Shown piece after piece: positions 14,919-18,417 of a DNA stretch of 18,417 nt (positions are counted from its first letter, which is position 1; each line of letters begins with the position of its first letter). This stretch comes from Halalkalibacterium halodurans (GTDB lineage Bacteria > Bacillota > Bacilli > Bacillales > Bacillaceae_D), in the NCBI RefSeq assembly GCF_004376175.1, contig NZ_SNUY01000074.1:1-18417 (forward strand), in the 5' to 3' direction. The notes beneath the pieces are model-generated. The model saw only the letters and a list, made by a program, of their open reading frames with translations. It had not been told where the DNA came from and did no database searches. Made by a program: the position numbers and the translations under genes.

Positions 14919-16160
14919 TTGGCTGTAACTCCGGACGAAAGTTTATATAAGATTTTGGGGACCACCGCAAAGATCAGCCAGCGGAGGATAAAAGAAAAAT
15001 ATATTGAGGCAGTTAAAAAACATCCCCCGGAAACTGACCCGGACCAATTTGAAAAAATACGCCAGGCATATGAAGTATTAAAAGACCCGGTGAAGCGGAA
15101 AGAGTATGATATTTCCAGAAAATACGGCGGGAAAATAGAGAATATCCTGAGGAAAGCATCGGAGGATGTGGAAAAAGGGAATTTTCAAAAAGCCCAGAAA
15201 AAGTACAACGAGTTACTGGCCATCGATCCTGACAACTTGTCAGGGAAAATTGGCGTCATGTTCTCTTCCATTGGTTTAGATGACTTGGAGAGCGCATATG
15301 CCGTGTTTGATGATTTGAGCAATAATGTTTCTGCTCTGGAAGAAGAAGGGCTTGAGCTTGATTTTATTTACTCTGTTTTTTCAAAAATGCTGATAGAAAA
15401 GGGATATACAGCGGAAGCGTATGGGATTCTGGAAGATGCATTAAAAGAATTCCCGCGTTCTGCTGGTTTAGCTGAGCCTATGATATTTCTCTGTCTCGGT
15501 ATGGATAAGACTGACAAGGCTCTGGACGTTGCGGAAATGACTCTGCCGGCAGAAGGCGAAGAAAGTTTTGAAGATATTGATTCTTATATCCTCTGGGTCC
15601 ATACTATTGTGAGACTTGGGCGGTGGGCTGATTTGTCTAAAGCACAGACCCGCTTCAGGAAGTTTCTGAAAAGGATGGAAGACGAAGAAGAAAAGGACGG
15701 GGCCTTCAGTGTATTGATGGAGCAGTACGAAGAAGCGTATATCCACCAGAGTTACCGGGTTGCCGATATATTTATTGACTTAGCTAAAATAGTTAATGTG
15801 GGAATGTTTGACTTAAAAGAGCAAATCAAGGAAGTCAAGAAGTTAGTGCGGATAGAAAAGGATTTCAACCGGCTGTTTCGCGACACGGATTTATTTCCTC
15901 TCATCCTGCGCCAGGCTGTCCATTTATACTTTGATGATGAAGATCACCCGGCAATTCAGATGCTGGAGGAAAATTTTACTCCGGATATAATCAATGAACT
16001 GGAACAAGAAGCAGAGTACTATGCTGCGGGCATTCTGTACTTGAAAAAGAAATACCCGGCATTTTACTCCGAGTATAAACAAACCTGGGACCGTTTATAT
16101 GATGATTTGACACAAAACTTCAACCGGGAAATGAAGCGGGGGCTGCGGAAGCTCATATGA
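14919..16160 (+). CDS. J-domain protein with TPR-like/helical C-terminal region; HPD motif replaced by HPP
   Basis: The TTG start has SD gaaggaggg 7 nt upstream. The J-domain is SLYKILGTTAKISQRRIKEKYIEAVKKHPPETDPDQFEKIRQAYEVLKDPVKRKEYD. There is no Gly/Phe region or Cys-rich zinc finger. A TPR-like segment is present (GNFQKAQKKYNELLAIDPDN). Confidence 0.85.
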   Translation: MAVTPDESLYKILGTTAKISQRRIKEKYIEAVKKHPPETDPDQFEKIRQAYEVLKDPVKRKEYDISRKYGGKIENILRKASEDVEKGNFQKAQKKYNELLAIDPDNLSGKIGVMFSSIGLDDLESAYAVFDDLSNNVSALEEEGLELDFIYSVFSKMLIEKGYTAEAYGILEDALKEFPRSAGLAEPMIFLCLGMDKTDKALDVAEMTLPAEGEESFEDIDSYILWVHTIVRLGRWADLSKAQTRFRKFLKRMEDEEEKDGAFSVLMEQYEEAYIHQSYRVADIFIDLAKIVNVGMFDLKEQIKEVKKLVRIEKDFNRLFRDTDLFPLILRQAVHLYFDDEDHPAIQMLEENFTPDIINELEQEAEYYAAGILYLKKKYPAFYSEYKQTWDRLYDDLTQNFNREMKRGLRKLI

Positions 16161-16171
16161 AGGAAGCGCAG

Positions 16172-16225
16172 GGGTGCCTGTCACCACCCGAATTTTCTTG
16201 TTTCACAGAGAATGTTTCACGGGGG
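16172..16225 (+). repeat. Repeat family R, copy c
   Basis: gggtgcctgtcaccacccgaattttcttgtttcacagagaatgtttcacggggg starts 12 nt after the J-protein stop. It is a direct repeat of copy b. Confidence 0.8.
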
Positions 16226-16249
16226 ACATATTATTTATAGGTTATTCAT

Positions 16250-16288
16250 CGGGTACTCAGATATTTTGGGTACCCGTTCTTCTTTTGG
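16250..16288 (+). terminator. Candidate rho-independent terminator of the Hsp70 module
   Basis: cgggtac (16250-16256) pairs with gtacccg (16270-16276) around a 13-nt loop. The tail ttcttcttttgg follows. Confidence 0.5.
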
Positions 16289-16335
16289 ATGGGTTAATAG
16301 ATAGAGCATTTAATTTAATTTCCTTTTTAGAAGGG

Positions 16336-16440
16336 ATTCGCACGACTTTGACCATCAATCGCACGACTTCAACTGTGGTTCGCTCAACTGCCAAGGTCAT
16401 TCGCACAAGTCCCCCAATCATATGCACACATTAAACTTAT
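16336..16440 (+). repeat. Five tandem 21-bp units with a conserved 12-bp core (ATTCGCACRACT)
   Basis: The units start at 16336, 16357, 16378, 16399 and 16420. They read attcgcacgactttgaccatc, aatcgcacgacttcaactgtg, gttcgctcaactgccaaggtc, attcgcacaagtcccccaatc and atatgcacacattaaacttat. The last unit is degenerate. An AT-rich stretch follows at 16431-16496. Confidence 0.75.
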
Positions 16441-16496
16441 TATTATTTAAGATTCATCGTCATTTTCTGTGAAAAAGTTTTATAAACATGAAAAAA

Positions 16497-16557
16497 CTCG
16501 CTATTTCCTGGCAATCCTTTTTGTAGACCAATACAAAAAATAGGAGGAAATAGCGAG
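16497..16557 (+). promoter_or_regulatory. 13-bp perfect inverted repeat enclosing the SD and start of the ISL3 transposase
   Basis: ctcgctatttcct (16497-16509) pairs with aggaaatagcgag (16545-16557). The 3' arm covers part of aggagg and the G of GTG 16557. Confidence 0.45.
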
Positions 16558-17711
16558 TGAAAACAAATATATGTTTACCACTAGGATTGCCAGAGTTTGT
16601 AATTTTAAAACAGGAGATTCTAAAGGACTTCATCTATTTGGATGTCGAAACGAACGAACAGCCAAAATGTTGCATTCATTGTGGCTTCTCTATGCTTAAA
16701 AAGCATGACCAGCGCATGAGAAAGGTACGGGATTTAGATCTATTAGATAAAACTCTTTATCTGTTTGTACATGTAAAGCGCTGGCGTTGTCAGAATTGCC
16801 AAGAGGTCTTTTCTGAGCCACTATCTTCTATCCCTGCTGGTAAACATCAAACCTATCGGTTTCGTAGGAAGGTATTTGAAATGTGCATTGGTACAACAAT
16901 CAGTGATGTAAGCCGAAAGTTAAAAGTTAGCTATAAGACCGTTGAAAGAATCTACTATGATATCGCTTCGAAAGAAGTGAAAGAGCACTCTTGTTCAGGT
17001 GTCATTGGTATTGATGAAGTTGCTGTACGAAAAGGCCATAACTATGAAACGGTTGTGACAGATATTCAAACGGGATCTGTCCATCAAATGGGAGCGAATC
17101 GTGATTATGACTCCACAATCACTCTTCTAAAATCCTTTGAAAAGGCTCCTTCGGTGGTCGTAATGGACATGTGGAAACCTTTCTTTAGAGCTTGTAAGAC
17201 ACTTTTTCCTAAAGCCTCTATTGTGATTGATAAGTACCATGTTGTTCAAAAGATCAACCTAGCTCTTGACGCAGTCCGAAAGTCCAAAAGTAAAGAGATT
17301 AACGGAATCAAGAAGGGACGTTTCTGTCTGCTAAAACGTCGCTTTCGTCTAACTGAGAAACAGTTCAAAAGATTGGAAGCCTACCATGATCAATCCGAAG
17401 AACTTGCTCATGCGTACTATCTAAAAGAGTGGTTTTATGACTTATACCAGCAACCATCTTATAAAGATGCATCTACTTTTTTAGATAACTGGATAAAAGA
17501 AGCTAGGATGAGTCCTTTCCCCTCTTTTCATGATGTATGCAAGACCTTGGAAACATGGAAACCATTTATACGTCTCTTCACCACTTTCTGTGGTACACGC
17601 ACAATTCCAGAAATAAAGTTAGCGAGATTAGATACTAATCTAGTCGAACTCCTTCATCTGCTTAGGCACCATTCAGTTGGTAGGTTGAAAGCGGTCAAGT
17701 GGGTTCCTTGA
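16557..17711 (+). pseudogene. ISL3 family transposase, C-terminal catalytic region lost (copy 1)
   Basis: The N-terminal zinc-finger region (CIHCG...CQNCQ) and the core (VVVMDMWKPF, VIDKYHVVQK) are ISL3-like. After ...TLETWKPFI (~17569), the expected L.YF..SNG.EG.NNKIK.IKR.AYGFRN segment is missing, although copy 2 has it. The tail RLFTTFCGTRT... is unrelated. The left IR was not identified. Confidence 0.75.
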
Positions 17712-17755
17712 CGGGTTTCAACCTACCAACTACCCTTTGGCTAGCTGATGAAGGA
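17650..17755. repeat. Two ISL3 right-end inverted repeats abutting tail-to-tail, 7 bp apart
   Basis: The arm at 17650-17699 (tccttcatctgcttaggcaccattcagttggtaggttgaaagcggtcaag) is an imperfect reverse complement of the arm at 17707-17755 (cttgacgggtttcaacctaccaactaccctttggctagctgatgaagga). The spacer is tgggttc. Confidence 0.75.
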
Positions 17756-17767
17756 ATTTGTAAGCTG

Positions 17768-18417
17768 TTAAGCTGCCTGTTTTTCATTAGTTTTTCCCGT
17801 ACACTCCAAAAATACACGTAAGCGAAATCGTTGGATATTTCGAAAGCCATATGCTCGCCTTTTGATGTTTTTAATTTTATGGTTTGTTCCTTCAATTCGA
17901 CCATTAGTGTACGGAGTGAGAAAGTACTGAAGGATAGATGCTTTCCACTTCTCCAGTGTTCTGGCAACCTCTTGATAAGCTCTAAATGGGCTTGCTTTTG
18001 CTTCATTGATCCAGTTATCTAATAGTTCTTCAGCTGTGTCATAGTCACTGGCTTGGTAGAAGTCACGGAATGATTCTTTTAAGTAGTAAGCCAAGGCCAA
18101 TTCATCATGTTCGTCGAGCCATCCTTCTAGCTGTTGCTTTTGTTGTTCAGTTAGATTTTCGTAGCCTTTTAATAAGGCAAATCTACCTTTTTTAAGTGTT
18201 GGAAACCGTTTTCTAACTTGATCTAAAGCTTGAGTCACTTTTTGAACGACATGGTATTTATCAATGACAAGACAAGCAGCTGGAAATAGCGTTTGGATGG
18301 CTTTATGGAACGGCTTCCACATATCGACGACAACCGTTTCTACACACGACTGAGAGAGTAAGTTCTTTGTTAAAAGGAGTTGAGTGGATTCAAAGCTTCG
18401 GTTCTCTTCCATCGCTA
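17768..18417 (-). CDS. ISL3 family transposase (copy 2), 5'-partial, runs off the window
   Basis: The frame is open to the window edge. It has VVVDMWKPFHKAI, VIDKYHVVQKV and the complete C-terminus YTNGRIEGTNHKIKNIKRRAYGFRNIQRFRLRVFL. Confidence 0.88.
   Translation of the reverse strand, partial: AMEENRSFESTQLLLTKNLLSQSCVETVVVDMWKPFHKAIQTLFPAACLVIDKYHVVQKVTQALDQVRKRFPTLKKGRFALLKGYENLTEQQKQQLEGWLDEHDELALAYYLKESFRDFYQASDYDTAEELLDNWINEAKASPFRAYQEVARTLEKWKASILQYFLTPYTNGRIEGTNHKIKNIKRRAYGFRNIQRFRLRVFLECTGKTNEKQAA

Noticed and set aside
16174-16434. An 86-aa ORF whose C-terminal part translates the 21-bp repeats into a 7-residue periodic peptide (IRTTLTI/NRTTSTV/VRSTAKV/IRTSPPI).
   Set aside because: Its GTG start lies inside repeat R copy c with no SD. 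The ORF runs through the predicted terminator hairpin. The periodicity follows trivially from a 21-bp DNA repeat, and conservation is in the DNA core rather than in a plausible protein motif.
16336-16440. Possible CRISPR array.
   Set aside because: The units are contiguous 21-mers with no spacers and only a 12-bp conserved core. There are no cas genes. The repeat length and organisation are wrong for CRISPR.

Overview
This 18.4-kb window looks like an accessory region of a Bacillaceae-type Firmicute; that inference rests on the CheY remnant and the IS content. About a third of it is insertion-sequence DNA from five families: ISLre2, an internally deleted IS4-superfamily element, IS1182, IS200 and two ISL3 copies. 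Several host genes are broken: a 5'-truncated cheY, a 29-codon MCP stub, and an acetamidase/formamidase pseudogene. Two intact modules stand out. (i) A minus-strand operon at 1887-5620 encodes three zinc-ribbon proteins: a coiled-coil protein with two zinc ribbons, a polytopic membrane protein with two zinc ribbons, and a TcaA/YvbJ-like protein (zinc ribbon, one TM, ectodomain). (ii) A plus-strand four-gene accessory Hsp70 system lies at 10935-16160. It encodes an unknown 455-aa helical protein with a poly-basic tail, a GrpE-like protein, a divergent Hsp70, and a J-domain/TPR protein with HPP in place of HPD. This system is bracketed by ~53-bp direct repeats of a repeat family. A third copy of that family at 6428-9021 appears to be split by IS1182+IS200. 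Downstream of the Hsp70 module lies a 5 x 21-bp phased tandem repeat next to an AT-rich stretch. I saw no rRNA, tRNA or CRISPR array. All family names come from my recall of motifs and architectures; nothing was searched.
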